In this document: piece after piece, positions 21,066 to 31,359 of the stretch
How the letters are laid out: the number at the start of each line of letters is the position of its first letter
Position numbering within the stretch: the stretch's first letter is position 1
Origin: an uncultured Nitrososphaerales archaeon
GTDB taxonomy: Archaea; Thermoproteota; Nitrososphaeria; Nitrososphaerales; Nitrososphaeraceae
DNA length: 64,000 nucleotides
Assembly (NCBI GenBank): GCA_963695855.1
Contig: CAVOHZ010000010.1
Coordinates: 1,600,001-1,664,000 of the forward strand
Direction: 5' to 3'
The notes under the pieces: model-generated
What the model was told of the DNA's origin: nothing
Databases searched by the model: none
Seen by the model: the letters and a program-made list of their open reading frames with translations, nothing else
Position numbers and translations under genes: made by a program

Positions 21066-22976
21066 TTATGATGTTAAAATTTTTTTTATTTTATATTTTA
21101 TCAGATCATTAATCTTTTTACCATCTACTTTCCCACGAAGAATATTCATACTTTTTCCCATCAAAGTACTTATTGAATCCATTTCTTTTTCTTGAATAAT
21201 GTAAAGGTTTTCTTCTATTATTTTATCTAAAATCTTATCAAGTTCTTTATCACTTATTGATTTTATTCCAAGTAGATCTATTGCCGATTGAACAGTAGAT
21301 GTTTCTTTTTTCATTAGTTTTTCAAAAATCAGAAAGACTGATTCTTTTGCGATTTTATTTGAATCTAGTTTCTTAAAGATATTTGTAATAATATGTTTTG
21401 TTAATACAGATGAATCAAATCCTTGTCTTTCTAAATTAATTACGTCTTCTGTAAGTTTTGAAGCTATAAAAGAAGGAGAAATTTGTGTTGATGATGATAT
21501 TTCCTCGAAAACCTCGAAATAATTTGAGTCAAAAATCTTTTCGCTTAATATTTCGTTCATTTGATATTTTTTACTTAATTGCTTTATTATTTCGTTCCAT
21601 GATTTGGGAACTTTCTCAATAAGAGAACCCAAAACCTCGTTGGTTATAGTGTATACGGGCATATCTGTCTCCGGATACATTCTAGCTGATCCAGGTTTTG
21701 GTCTACTATAGATAGTTTTTCCATCTATAGATGCAGATCTGGTCTCTGAGGGAACCCCAAATTTTACAATATCAAGTCTCTTGCATATTGCATCAATAGC
21801 AATAGACATCTTCTCTTTAGGTCCTCCAATTATTATGAAACCGTCTTTTTCGTCAATAATTTCTAATTTTTCTTTTATTTTTTTAACTTCTTGTTCTGTA
21901 ATTCCATAACTTGGCAACTCATCCGAGTGAAATATACCACTAAAACCATAAAAGCGTACCAATTCTCCCAACTCTTTTCCTATTCGTACATCAGGATATG
22001 GTTCAAAACCAAAAAAACCTTTAAAACTTTTGACTCTAATTGCATTAATACTGTTATTCTTATCCCTTAATAGCTTCTTGATCGTTTTTGACTCTGAATC
22101 TTTCAGAATATTGCTTATTTCAAGAATTTTATCTCCTGTTAATGACTCTTCAATTTTTCTTACTTTTTTTAATTTTTCTGCTATTAACATTAAACCGTGT
22201 TGTCGAATTGACTCATACTCTATCACTTTGATCAGTTGGTCTAATCTTTGTACTCCTTTTACTTCAACTATCCCATTCCCATTGTTAATAGATATATTAA
22301 CATCTTGTCTAATACTTCCTATACCTCTTGCCACTCTTTTACTTGCACGTAATAACCTTCCCAAAGTAAGTGCGATCTTCATTATTTCAGATGGTTTTCC
22401 AGTAACTGGCTCTAATGCAATTTCTACCAATGGGATTCCAAGTCTATCTAATCCAAATTCTTTAATGTTTCCATCATCAGATAACAATTTTCCAGAATCT
22501 TCTTCTAGACAAATCGTTTGCACTCCTATCTTTTTATCATCAACCTGTAAGTACCCTCCATATGAAATTAACATTGTTCGTTGAAATCCGCTTGTATTAG
22601 AACCATCTATAACTATTTTTCGCATTACATTGATTTCATCCACTATTTTAGAATACAATGCTAAAGAAATAATTAATGCAGTTTCTAAAGCATCTTTATT
22701 TAATTCATGTGGCGGTTCTTCATCAGCTTCAACTAGACAAGTAGATCCGAAAGAAGAATAATATTTGATCTTTTGCATTTTAGAGAACTCGAACATACTA
22801 GCCTGGTCATATAACCCAAGCTCACTTTGAGTAGGACGTAATTTTCTCAAGAAAGATGAATTATAATCTTGAGTTTCTGTGCAACTGCAGTTACAAAACA
22901 ATTTATTTTTTGTTAACAGTTGTTGATGAATCTCGAAACCAACTTTTACGATAATTTCTTTTGAATTTATAATCAC
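21066..22976 (-). CDS. gatE: Glu-tRNA(Gln) amidotransferase subunit E
   Basis: KVGFEIHQQL, MRKIVIDGSNTSGFQRT and RPKPGSARMYPETD. Confidence 0.98.
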   Translation of the reverse strand: MIINSKEIIVKVGFEIHQQLLTKNKLFCNCSCTETQDYNSSFLRKLRPTQSELGLYDQASMFEFSKMQKIKYYSSFGSTCLVEADEEPPHELNKDALETALIISLALYSKIVDEINVMRKIVIDGSNTSGFQRTMLISYGGYLQVDDKKIGVQTICLEEDSGKLLSDDGNIKEFGLDRLGIPLVEIALEPVTGKPSEIMKIALTLGRLLRASKRVARGIGSIRQDVNISINNGNGIVEVKGVQRLDQLIKVIEYESIRQHGLMLIAEKLKKVRKIEESLTGDKILEISNILKDSESKTIKKLLRDKNNSINAIRVKSFKGFFGFEPYPDVRIGKELGELVRFYGFSGIFHSDELPSYGITEQEVKKIKEKLEIIDEKDGFIIIGGPKEKMSIAIDAICKRLDIVKFGVPSETRSASIDGKTIYSRPKPGSARMYPETDMPVYTITNEVLGSLIEKVPKSWNEIIKQLSKKYQMNEILSEKIFDSNYFEVFEEISSSTQISPSFIASKLTEDVINLERQGFDSSVLTKHIITNIFKKLDSNKIAKESVFLIFEKLMKKETSTVQSAIDLLGIKSISDKELDKILDKIIEENLYIIQEKEMDSISTLMGKSMNILRGKVDGKKINDLIKYKIKKILTS

Positions 22977-23023
22977 AACGATTATGATATAAAATGTATA
23001 TTTTAATCATTGTGAGAATTATA

Positions 23024-24427
23024 TTATGGAATATGAGAAATTGGAATAATTTCATTTGATATAGTCTCCTGCATTATTTTTATAATTGAATCATAATTGC
23101 TTTCATTAGCTAAAAGCCACATTGCTTTTACTACAGCAGTCTCGGAAAGCATATTGGACAATGGAATTACTCCTATCTTGAGTAAATCTCTTCCAGTATC
23201 ATAAACATTCATGTTGGTCCTACCCCAAATACATTGTGATGCCATAAATACTAATACTCCTAAGTCAATTGCTTTCTTTAGGTAAGGAATGCAATTTTTA
23301 TTTATATGTCCTAACCCAGTTCCTTCAATAATGAGAATCTTGTTTCCTTGACTAACAACATATTCTATCGACATTGGATTAAAACCTGGATAATATTTTA
23401 ATAAAAATACTCTATTATCAAATTTAGACCTAGTAATTTGATATTTTACTTTACCTTTTTCATATTCAACAGATCTCTTTTTCAGAATAATATTTGAAAT
23501 CGCTTCATGATTTAAGTAGATTTGATCCTTGTTAATAGTAGCAACAGGCGAGACATCAATTGATTGAAATGCATCTCTTTTGCTTGTGTGATTTTTTCTT
23601 ACTCGTGTTCCAATATGACAAGCAAGAACATCATCAGACAAGCCAGAATGCATGACAATGAATACTCCGGAATAATCTAGTCTACTTGCACAGATAACAG
23701 CTCCTATTAAATTTGAAGATGCATCAGAAGAAGGTCTATCAGATGATCGTTGTGCACCTACTAGTATTACTGGAATTGGAATATTTTGTAATGCAAAACT
23801 CAATGCAGAGGCAGTATAACTCATAGTATCAGTTCCATGTGAAATAATAATCCCATGGTACATACCCAAATTTATTTTCTCTACGATCTTGTTGATAATT
23901 AAGTTCCATTCATTCGGTCCTATATTTTCACTATATTCGTTCATCAAAATTTCAGTATCGATTTTTGCATAGTCTGATATTTGGGGAACAGAACTATAAA
24001 GATCTTGGGCTGAAAGAACAGATGTGACGCCTCCAGTTCGATAATCTATTTTACTTGCAATTGTCCCTCCTGTACTTAATAACAAGATTTTAGGTTGATC
24101 CAAATCCGTTAATCTAATAGTATTAGAAAAATGGTTATTACCGTTAGCATATTTAACATTTTTATATGAAGATGTCTTGTTTTCTAAATTTGTGGATGTA
24201 ATGAAATGGATGGATTTGATCCGTTCTGTTTTTATACCAATATTATAGCCGTTATTTAGTTTTATTACAATATGATCTTTCTTACCATATTCATATCCAG
24301 GCATTAATCTTCCAGTAACTACAGTTTCATCATCAGTTAAAACAACATTAATAACTTCACCAGTTTTGGTATTTTTTAGTATGGACGCAACATTATCATT
24401 TTTTGACATAAGATAAGTCATCATCAT
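23024..24427 (-). CDS. gatD: Glu-tRNA(Gln) amidotransferase subunit D
   Basis: TGGTIASKIDYRTG, HGTDTM and GAQRSSDRPSSD. Adjacent to gatE. Confidence 0.98.
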   Translation of the reverse strand: MMMTYLMSKNDNVASILKNTKTGEVINVVLTDDETVVTGRLMPGYEYGKKDHIVIKLNNGYNIGIKTERIKSIHFITSTNLENKTSSYKNVKYANGNNHFSNTIRLTDLDQPKILLLSTGGTIASKIDYRTGGVTSVLSAQDLYSSVPQISDYAKIDTEILMNEYSENIGPNEWNLIINKIVEKINLGMYHGIIISHGTDTMSYTASALSFALQNIPIPVILVGAQRSSDRPSSDASSNLIGAVICASRLDYSGVFIVMHSGLSDDVLACHIGTRVRKNHTSKRDAFQSIDVSPVATINKDQIYLNHEAISNIILKKRSVEYEKGKVKYQITRSKFDNRVFLLKYYPGFNPMSIEYVVSQGNKILIIEGTGLGHINKNCIPYLKKAIDLGVLVFMASQCIWGRTNMNVYDTGRDLLKIGVIPLSNMLSETAVVKAMWLLANESNYDSIIKIMQETISNEIIPISHIP

Positions 24428-24468
24428 AGATAATTATAACTTAACTTAATCCCATAATAATACTAAAG

Positions 24469-25011
24469 TTAAGTGACATCAAATAATTCTTTATGTTTTT
24501 GCCAGATTTTTTTTAGTCTGTCTATCCCATTTATATCTTGAATTATTTTGGTCGTTTCTGGGTGTACTAATTGTTTCCAATCTTCATCTCTGATCATATA
24601 GTCTCTTATTAATGTTCCAGAAAACTTTTTTCTGTGATGTAGTTCTGGTTGAATTGTCTTTATTCCCCGCTCTTTATATAATACAATTGTAAACGGATCG
24701 TTAGTAAAAACTAGATCATATTTTGGGACCAATAAATCGATATTATATGTCCAAAGCGCATGCACTCTTGTATCTGATACTGGAATGATGAGTATTTTAC
24801 TAATATCAATCTCCTTAACTTTGATTAGAGTATTTCTTATCATTTGAATTCGTTCACCAGCTGTAAATGGATTTCTCAATTCATGACTGTTTTGTGCGCT
24901 TCCAACAATAATAATCAAGAAAGCAACAGTTTTTAGAACGGATTTGATAGTTTCGACATGACCATAATGTAATGGTTGAAAACGACCTATAAATAATCCT
25001 GTGAGCATCAA
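24469..25011 (-). CDS. nadM: Nicotinamide-nucleotide adenylyltransferase
   Basis: GRFQPLHYGH, GSAQ.SH..RNPFTAGER and SGTLIR. Confidence 0.95.
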   Translation of the reverse strand: MMLTGLFIGRFQPLHYGHVETIKSVLKTVAFLIIIVGSAQNSHELRNPFTAGERIQMIRNTLIKVKEIDISKILIIPVSDTRVHALWTYNIDLLVPKYDLVFTNDPFTIVLYKERGIKTIQPELHHRKKFSGTLIRDYMIRDEDWKQLVHPETTKIIQDINGIDRLKKIWQKHKELFDVT

Positions 25012-25120
25012 TAGTGAAATAATGGTGAAATAAATAAATGTTAATTTAGAAAAACATTTCAGGTTAGTATAAAATAATATTTTTATTTTGATAGTTGCTT
25101 GCTGGTTTGATGTCCAGAAA

Positions 25121-25465
25121 TTAAATTTTGATATTAATCAGAGATAATCCAATAAACATCGATAGTATAATTACAGAAAATCCTCCTGCCAAAAATCCGT
25201 ACTGAGTTTTTGGTGTTGTAGCAAACCCTGATTTGTAGACTAAAAAAGCTCCACTCATTCCAACAAAAAGTATCAATGTAATAATAATTGTTTCGCTTAT
25301 AGTTTGTACTGACCTGGAAGGAATGAAAGTTATTCCTTCAGGTAAACTTGAGCCTTCAAGTATAGCATTTATTAAACCAGAAGATAATGCAAAAAATATA
25401 ATTAGATAAATTATTGATATTATAAGTATTGGTTTTGACTTAAAGTTCAACAAGAAAGCATGCAT
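25121..25465 (-). CDS. Three-TM membrane protein, OST3/OST6-OSTC(DC2)-like
   Basis: TM, loop ending F..R..QTISE, then two more TMs, as in DC2/OST3 C-terminal regions. Confidence 0.55.
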   Translation of the reverse strand: MHAFLLNFKSKPILIISIIYLIIFFALSSGLINAILEGSSLPEGITFIPSRSVQTISETIIITLILFVGMSGAFLVYKSGFATTPKTQYGFLAGGFSVIILSMFIGLSLINIKI

Positions 25466-25563
25466 GTATAAGTATAAATACTTTTATTAATAGATTCTTA
25501 ATTCATGACTTCTATTTGTCAAAGCTTTTAATATCAATATGTATTTAATAGAAGACAAATATA

Positions 25564-25905
25564 TTGAAATGTATTATTTGTTCGGCTGAATGTTTTAATA
25601 AAAAATATTGTTTTAATCATAATCTAGCATTAAAAAGTCTTGAAAAAGGATACATAAAATGGTACGATGCATTTTCAAGCAATATATCTTGGGATGAATA
25701 TTCATCAAGATTATTGAAAATTGAAGATAATGGAATTTGGATAATGGATATTATTAACTATGAATTAGAAAAAAATGAGGATATTACATTTCACCCATAC
25801 CACCAGGAGGCATACCACCAGGAGGCATACCACCAGAAGATTTACTTGATGCAATTACATCATCAATTCGTAGAATCATTGATGCCGCTTCTGTCGCGGA
25901 TTTAA
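25564..25905 (+). CDS. Small CxxC..CxxH protein; 3' end overlaps the thermosome gene
   Basis: MKCIIC...YCFNH...ISWDEY...NGIW. The last ~40 codons are antisense to ths. Confidence 0.65.
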   Translation: MKCIICSAECFNKKYCFNHNLALKSLEKGYIKWYDAFSSNISWDEYSSRLLKIEDNGIWIMDIINYELEKNEDITFHPYHQEAYHQEAYHQKIYLMQLHHQFVESLMPLLSRI

Positions 25906-27430
25906 TTATTTGTTCTTTTACACTTAAAGGTTCAAAGATATCCATTTTGGACATATCTGTGATTTTTGCGCTTCTTGCATCAATCCCCATCCATTTTGCT
26001 CCTTTACTTTGTTTTGCTCTTAGATCAGTTGCTGTATCGATTGGATCCATACCTGCATTTTCTGCCAATGTAAGTGGTATTACTTCCAAGGCTTCTGCAA
26101 ATTTCTCAGCTGCTAATTGTTCTCTTCCAATTAATGTACTAGTCCATTCTCTTAACTTGCTAGCAACATAAGCTTCTGGAGCTCCACCCCCTGCAACTAT
26201 CGCTGGTTTTTCTAAAACATCTTTTGTTACCATAAGTGCGTCATGAATAGAACGTTCTGCTTCATCTACTACTCTTTGAGATCCTCCCCGTATCAAGATT
26301 GTTACAGATTTTGCATGTTTACATCCTTCAACGAAAACCCATTTATCAGTCTCTACTTTTCTTTCTTCTACCAAGTCTGCACTTCCCAAGTCATTAGAAG
26401 TAAGATCATCAATATTGTTTACTACACGAGCGTTAGTAGCTCTTGCCAATTTGGTCATATCACTTTCTTTTACTCTACGAACTGTCAATATATCTGATTT
26501 TGACAAATAATGTTGGGCAATGTCGTCAATACCCTTTTGACAAATAACTACATTAGCTCCAGAAGATTTAATCTTTTCCACCATATCTTTTAGCATTCTG
26601 TTTTCTTCCTCAAGAAACATTTTCATTTGATCTGGTGAACTAATGTTTATTTTGGCATCAAATTCGGTTTTTTCTATTTCTAAAGCACAATTTAATAAGG
26701 CAATTTTAGCTTTATCTATTCTTTTTGGCATGCCACCGTGTACTACTTCTTTGTCAAGAACTATTCCTTGAATTAAAGTTGTATCTCTCAACGAGCCTCC
26801 AGCTTTCTTTTCTACTTTTACATCATCTATGTCTACTTTATTTTTAGAATCAACGCTTTCTACAACTTGTAAAATTGCATTAACTACAATATCAGCTAAC
26901 TCATGTGCTTCTTTTGATACTAACTTTGTTTGCATTGATGTTTTTGCTACTTTTCTTAAACTTTCTTTATCATTTGCATCAATTTTTTGTGCAATTTTAT
27001 TAAGAATTTCAATCGCTTTTTGAGCACTCTTTCTATATCCATCTACAATTATTGTTGGATGCACATCTTTTGTAATCAACTCCTCTGCTTTCTCAATTAA
27101 AGCGCCAGCCAAAATAACAACAGAAGTTGTACCGTCTCCAACCTCATTGTCTGTTGCCTTACTGATTTCTACCATCATTTTTGCCGCAGGATGTTGTACA
27201 TCTATTTCTTTCAGAACAGTTGCACCATCATTTGTAATTGTAACATCACCTAGAGAATCCACCAACATCTTGTCCATTCCGCGTGGACCTAGACTTGAGC
27301 GGATGATTTCAGCTATTAGCTTTGCTGCAGTAACGTTGTTCTTTTGAGCATCTCTACCTTTTGTTTGAGTAGATCCTTCCTTTAATATTAACACTGGTAC
27401 ACCACCAGCTGAACCTTGTTGAATTGACAT
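25784..27430 (-). CDS. ths: Thermosome (group II chaperonin) subunit
   Basis: LGPRGMDKML, TNDGAT, GDGTTS and a GGM C-terminal tail. Confidence 0.99.
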   Translation of the reverse strand: MSIQQGSAGGVPVLILKEGSTQTKGRDAQKNNVTAAKLIAEIIRSSLGPRGMDKMLVDSLGDVTITNDGATVLKEIDVQHPAAKMMVEISKATDNEVGDGTTSVVILAGALIEKAEELITKDVHPTIIVDGYRKSAQKAIEILNKIAQKIDANDKESLRKVAKTSMQTKLVSKEAHELADIVVNAILQVVESVDSKNKVDIDDVKVEKKAGGSLRDTTLIQGIVLDKEVVHGGMPKRIDKAKIALLNCALEIEKTEFDAKINISSPDQMKMFLEEENRMLKDMVEKIKSSGANVVICQKGIDDIAQHYLSKSDILTVRRVKESDMTKLARATNARVVNNIDDLTSNDLGSADLVEERKVETDKWVFVEGCKHAKSVTILIRGGSQRVVDEAERSIHDALMVTKDVLEKPAIVAGGGAPEAYVASKLREWTSTLIGREQLAAEKFAEALEVIPLTLAENAGMDPIDTATDLRAKQSKGAKWMGIDARSAKITDMSKMDIFEPLSVKEQIIKSATEAASMILRIDDVIASSKSSGGMPPGGMPPGGMGEM

Positions 27431-27560
27431 TTATCATTTTCACCTTAAAATTAATTCTAAAGAAACTGACAGAATTTGTGATATTTTAATTTTATGCAAT
27501 ATATAACATTATACGAAATAGTTTGCAAGTTTTTTAGTATTAAAAAATGGTTAAATTTGT

Positions 27561-28043
27561 TTATTGAAATAAGGAATCGTATTTTCCAGAGTTAATGTCA
27601 GTATACAGATCTTTTGCAGGTTTATCCTCAACCTTTACTCCGCTACTAACACAAGATCCAATAATCTCTTTAGAACAATTCTTTAAATCTAAAGCATAAG
27701 ATACATCAATCTTCATTCTTGCAATTTTGACTATGCCAGACATGGATATATTTCCCACATAATCCTTTCCTGATGTTCCTGAACCCTTTGTAATTCCGGC
27801 TTCTTTTGCAATTAGAGCAGTTGTAGGAGGTATTCCTACTTCAACAGTGAATTTTTTAGTTTCAGGATCGACTTCCACCTTAACGGGAACCTTCATACCA
27901 GGGAAATCTTTGGTCTTTTCATTGATTGTGTTTACAACTTGTAATACGTTAATCCCCAAAGGCCCTAATGCAGGTCCTAAAGGAGGTCCAGCACTGGCTT
28001 CTCCCCCAGTAACTAAAGCAGATACTGATTTTTTATCGCCCAT
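27561..28043 (-). CDS. rpl11: 50S ribosomal protein L11
   Basis: GGEASAGPPLGPALGPLG and VGIPPTTALI. Confidence 0.98.
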   Translation of the reverse strand: MGDKKSVSALVTGGEASAGPPLGPALGPLGINVLQVVNTINEKTKDFPGMKVPVKVEVDPETKKFTVEVGIPPTTALIAKEAGITKGSGTSGKDYVGNISMSGIVKIARMKIDVSYALDLKNCSKEIIGSCVSSGVKVEDKPAKDLYTDINSGKYDSLFQ

Positions 28044-28142
28044 ATCGGAAAAAATAACAGTCCGAAATATAAATGGTCATCAAATTTTGTTAAGAGCTAT
28101 AAAAATAACATAACTGAGCAAAAATATATTAAATTATGAATA

Positions 28143-28802
28143 TCAAGTGATTATTTTCTTTAAGTAATTTGCATCAACGGTAACAGGGATTTGATATGGC
28201 GAGTCTAATAGTACAACAGTAGCTTCTTGCTTTTCATAATCGACACGTGTAATTTTTGCTTTCATGGATTTAAATGGACCTGCAACTACTTCGACAGTAT
28301 CATCAACATTCAATTCGGTAACAACTGGTTTTTTGATAAGATATTTTTCAATATCGCTAAAAGGAAGATCACCTCGTATTTGTCCTCTTACGTGCCTAAT
28401 ACCATATAGTGCTTCATACACAACATTAGAGTCGGATGCTTCAACTATCACGTAACCTTTAAAATGTTCGAGGATGAGAATCGAGCGTAAGTTGATCTTT
28501 TTAGAGTTTATCTTATTTTGTAATATATTAGCAACAATATTTTCCTGTCCTCCAGTTATTCTAATTGCAAAAAATTTTGAATCTGAATCTAGTAACTTAT
28601 TTTTAAATTGTGTTTTTTTAGATTCTTCTTGTTTGGATGTGATAGAATTTTTAGGTTCTTTTTGAATATTTTTGTCAGAAACATCTGAATTTATACTTTT
28701 TAATAAGGCGTCTTGATTAAAATTTGACTCTTTATTATTTTTATCATTATTGTCATAATCAATTATATCATCAAGGTCATCCAGATTTTTTTTATTTTTC
28801 AT
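28143..28802 (-). CDS. spt5: Transcription elongation factor Spt5 (NusG)
   Basis: NGN domain (TGGQE, KGYVIVEA) and KOW domain (VEVVAGPFK), with a long N-terminal extension. Confidence 0.96.
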   Translation of the reverse strand: MKNKKNLDDLDDIIDYDNNDKNNKESNFNQDALLKSINSDVSDKNIQKEPKNSITSKQEESKKTQFKNKLLDSDSKFFAIRITGGQENIVANILQNKINSKKINLRSILILEHFKGYVIVEASDSNVVYEALYGIRHVRGQIRGDLPFSDIEKYLIKKPVVTELNVDDTVEVVAGPFKSMKAKITRVDYEKQEATVVLLDSPYQIPVTVDANYLKKIIT

Positions 28803-29013
28803 TAATTTTAATTCAATACTTAACGATTTGAAGTATTTTATAAATTTAATTTATGTTAAATGTTATAAAATATTAGTATAAATTTAATAATTATTTAAAA
28901 AAGAGATTAAAAATTATTTATTTGGAATTATCTCTAAATTGGGCAAAAAAAAATCCATATTTGAGGTCAAAATGGATAAGTATTTAATAGATAATAGGTC
29001 TATTCAATAAAAA

Positions 29014-30018
29014 TTGACTGAATCTATACAAGTAAACCAATTGGATTTACTCGATAGAAAAATTTTAAATGAAATTCAATGGCTTTTTCCTCTTACTGAT
29101 AAACCTTTCTTAGAGATTGCCCAGCATCATAATACTACAGAAATTGATATTATGAATAGAATTTCAGCTATGAAAGAAAATGGATTAATAAGACAGATAA
29201 ACGCAATCTTTGATACAAGAAGATTAGGTTACAAAAGTGCCCTAATAGCATTTGCAGTAAAGCCAGAGAAATTAGATTTTGTAGCAAATGAAGTTAACAA
29301 GCATCCTGGTGTAAGTCATAATTATGAAAGAAACCATGAATTCAACATGTGGTTTACTTTAGCGATACCTCCTAATTCAGAAATGAAAGCTACTTTGGAC
29401 AAAATGGCAGCTCTTGATGGGGTAATTAAATATAGATTAATGCCTACACTAAAAATGTACAAGATAGGAGTAAAGTTGGATATGATAAATGATGATTCTA
29501 TAAATCCTAAACCAACTGAAGAAATTAAGGAGTTAAATCCACAAAAAATTCACCTAACAGAACTTGATAAAGATTTTATCAGAGAATTACAAAAGGATTT
29601 GGAAATAATACCAGAACCATTTGTGAAAAGTGCTGAAAAATTATCTATTAGTACTGAAGAACTTTTTGATAAGGCAAGAGAATTTGAAAAAGATGGGATA
29701 ATGAGACGATATGCTGCTATATTACGACACAGGGATGCAGGATTTACTGCAAATGGTATGATAGTATGGAAAGTTCCTGATAATATTATTGACAAGACAG
29801 GATTCAAATTGGCTACTTTTTCCCAAGTGAGTCATTGTTATAGAAGACCAACATATCCGGATTGGGAATTTAATCTTTTTAGTATGATACATGCACGCAG
29901 TTTTGATAGTGCCGAAAAAATCGCAAAAGAAATATCTAATATAATAAGAATCTATAATTACAAGATTCTTTTTAGCTCAAGAGAGTTTAAAAAGGAAAGG
30001 GTAAAATATTTTGAATGA
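29014..30018 (+). CDS. ahbAB: Siroheme decarboxylase, fused AhbA/AhbB (NirDL/GH-like)
   Basis: Two AsnC-like halves with VSHNYER..FNMWFT and VSHCYRR..W.FNLFSMIH. Confidence 0.92.
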   Translation: MTESIQVNQLDLLDRKILNEIQWLFPLTDKPFLEIAQHHNTTEIDIMNRISAMKENGLIRQINAIFDTRRLGYKSALIAFAVKPEKLDFVANEVNKHPGVSHNYERNHEFNMWFTLAIPPNSEMKATLDKMAALDGVIKYRLMPTLKMYKIGVKLDMINDDSINPKPTEEIKELNPQKIHLTELDKDFIRELQKDLEIIPEPFVKSAEKLSISTEELFDKAREFEKDGIMRRYAAILRHRDAGFTANGMIVWKVPDNIIDKTGFKLATFSQVSHCYRRPTYPDWEFNLFSMIHARSFDSAEKIAKEISNIIRIYNYKILFSSREFKKERVKYFE

Positions 30019-30088
30019 ACCAAAAATTTTTATTTAATTTATCAGAGAATGAATTAAAATTATATAAGATATTAGCGAGATAAGCAAT

Positions 30089-30526
30089 GTGTTGACATCT
30101 GAAATACAACCTCCAGATCCTAAATCTATTAGATCACTAGAAATATCTGATGTGGCAATTATGAATGAACTTTCGTATATCTTGAAAGAGAGAATAATAG
30201 AATCATTTAGTATCGATTCATTTACAACTTCTGATCCATTTAATCACAATAAGAATTTTCGTTATTCGACTATTGTTGATAAAGAAAATCTGAATAGGAT
30301 AATTGCTATTATGTGTATTTTCGAGGATTCAGACAAATACTCTTTGGATTGGAAGAAAATTGATATAAAACGCTTGCAAGAAATAGTAATATCTACAGAT
30401 CAAGCCAAAGAATTAAAATACGAATTAATGCCAAAAGATACTAACAATTTTTATCAATTAAGGGTAAATGGTAAAGTAATTGGATCTATCATGTTTGCTT
30501 TCCAGATATGTGGCCTACATGATTAG
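30089..30526 (+). CDS. Hypothetical protein
   Basis: Clean 145-aa ORF in the core region. Confidence 0.65.
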   Translation: MLTSEIQPPDPKSIRSLEISDVAIMNELSYILKERIIESFSIDSFTTSDPFNHNKNFRYSTIVDKENLNRIIAIMCIFEDSDKYSLDWKKIDIKRLQEIVISTDQAKELKYELMPKDTNNFYQLRVNGKVIGSIMFAFQICGLHD

Positions 30527-30564
30527 AAATATGTATGAATAAGCAAAGAATATTCTTGGTAAAA

Positions 30565-31239
30565 TCACAATATCGGTTCCCTTTGTATATGCAAGATGTT
30601 ATTTGGTAGTATTTCGATGCCCATGATATCTAAAATAGGTATAGCTCTCTCCTTTTCTCTTGCTAGAATACTTGCCGCAATTTTCAATCGATAAGAAGAA
30701 GTCCATTGTTGTCCTATTTTGTATTTTCCTCGTATTTGCATAGGAATAATTTTAATAACTGTCACCTCTTGTACAGAACGCATTTTTGAATCAAGGCTTT
30801 GATACTTTCCTTCTTTTTGATATTTCTTCATCAGAGCATTAAGAGCTAAAGCTTTTTCTTCATAATTTTCAACTATGAACGATTCTCCCTTGATTACTAT
30901 ACTAATATAAAGAGTATCTGCCTGAGACGCATCTGTGGGATGAAAGTAATATGATGGCAGGAAAGCTATATGCTGATCTACTTCAAATCCTACTTTTGAA
31001 TTCCTTTTAATATTATCTATCTTTTCTCCATAAGGATAAGAATGCATGTATATGGAATGTTGGTTTAATAAAGCAGAATGGTTTTTATGGTTATTGGTTT
31101 GGATGTAAACAAAATTCATTGGTATTATCTGTGGATAACCATTGCTATCTATCGTTGCAAGTCTACCAACTAATTGATCATTAAGGAAATTTATTATATT
31201 TTCTATAGATTGAATTTCTAGTTTTTTTATTAACTTCAA
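30565..31239 (-). CDS. Pyridoxamine 5'-phosphate oxidase-like (NimA-type) flavin-binding protein
   Basis: GRLAT....YPQIIPMNF, GEKIDNI..N.KVGFEVD, YISIVIKG and GKYK. Confidence 0.9.
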   Translation of the reverse strand: MKLIKKLEIQSIENIINFLNDQLVGRLATIDSNGYPQIIPMNFVYIQTNNHKNHSALLNQHSIYMHSYPYGEKIDNIKRNSKVGFEVDQHIAFLPSYYFHPTDASQADTLYISIVIKGESFIVENYEEKALALNALMKKYQKEGKYQSLDSKMRSVQEVTVIKIIPMQIRGKYKIGQQWTSSYRLKIAASILAREKERAIPILDIMGIEILPNNILHIQREPIL

Positions 31240-31359
31240 CAGGAATCACAATTTTATAATTATCAAATATATTATATTTAGGTATTCGATATATAGCTGA
31301 CATTTCAAAATTTTTCCTTAAATGGATACATATTATTTTAACAAATTGAATGGACATGA

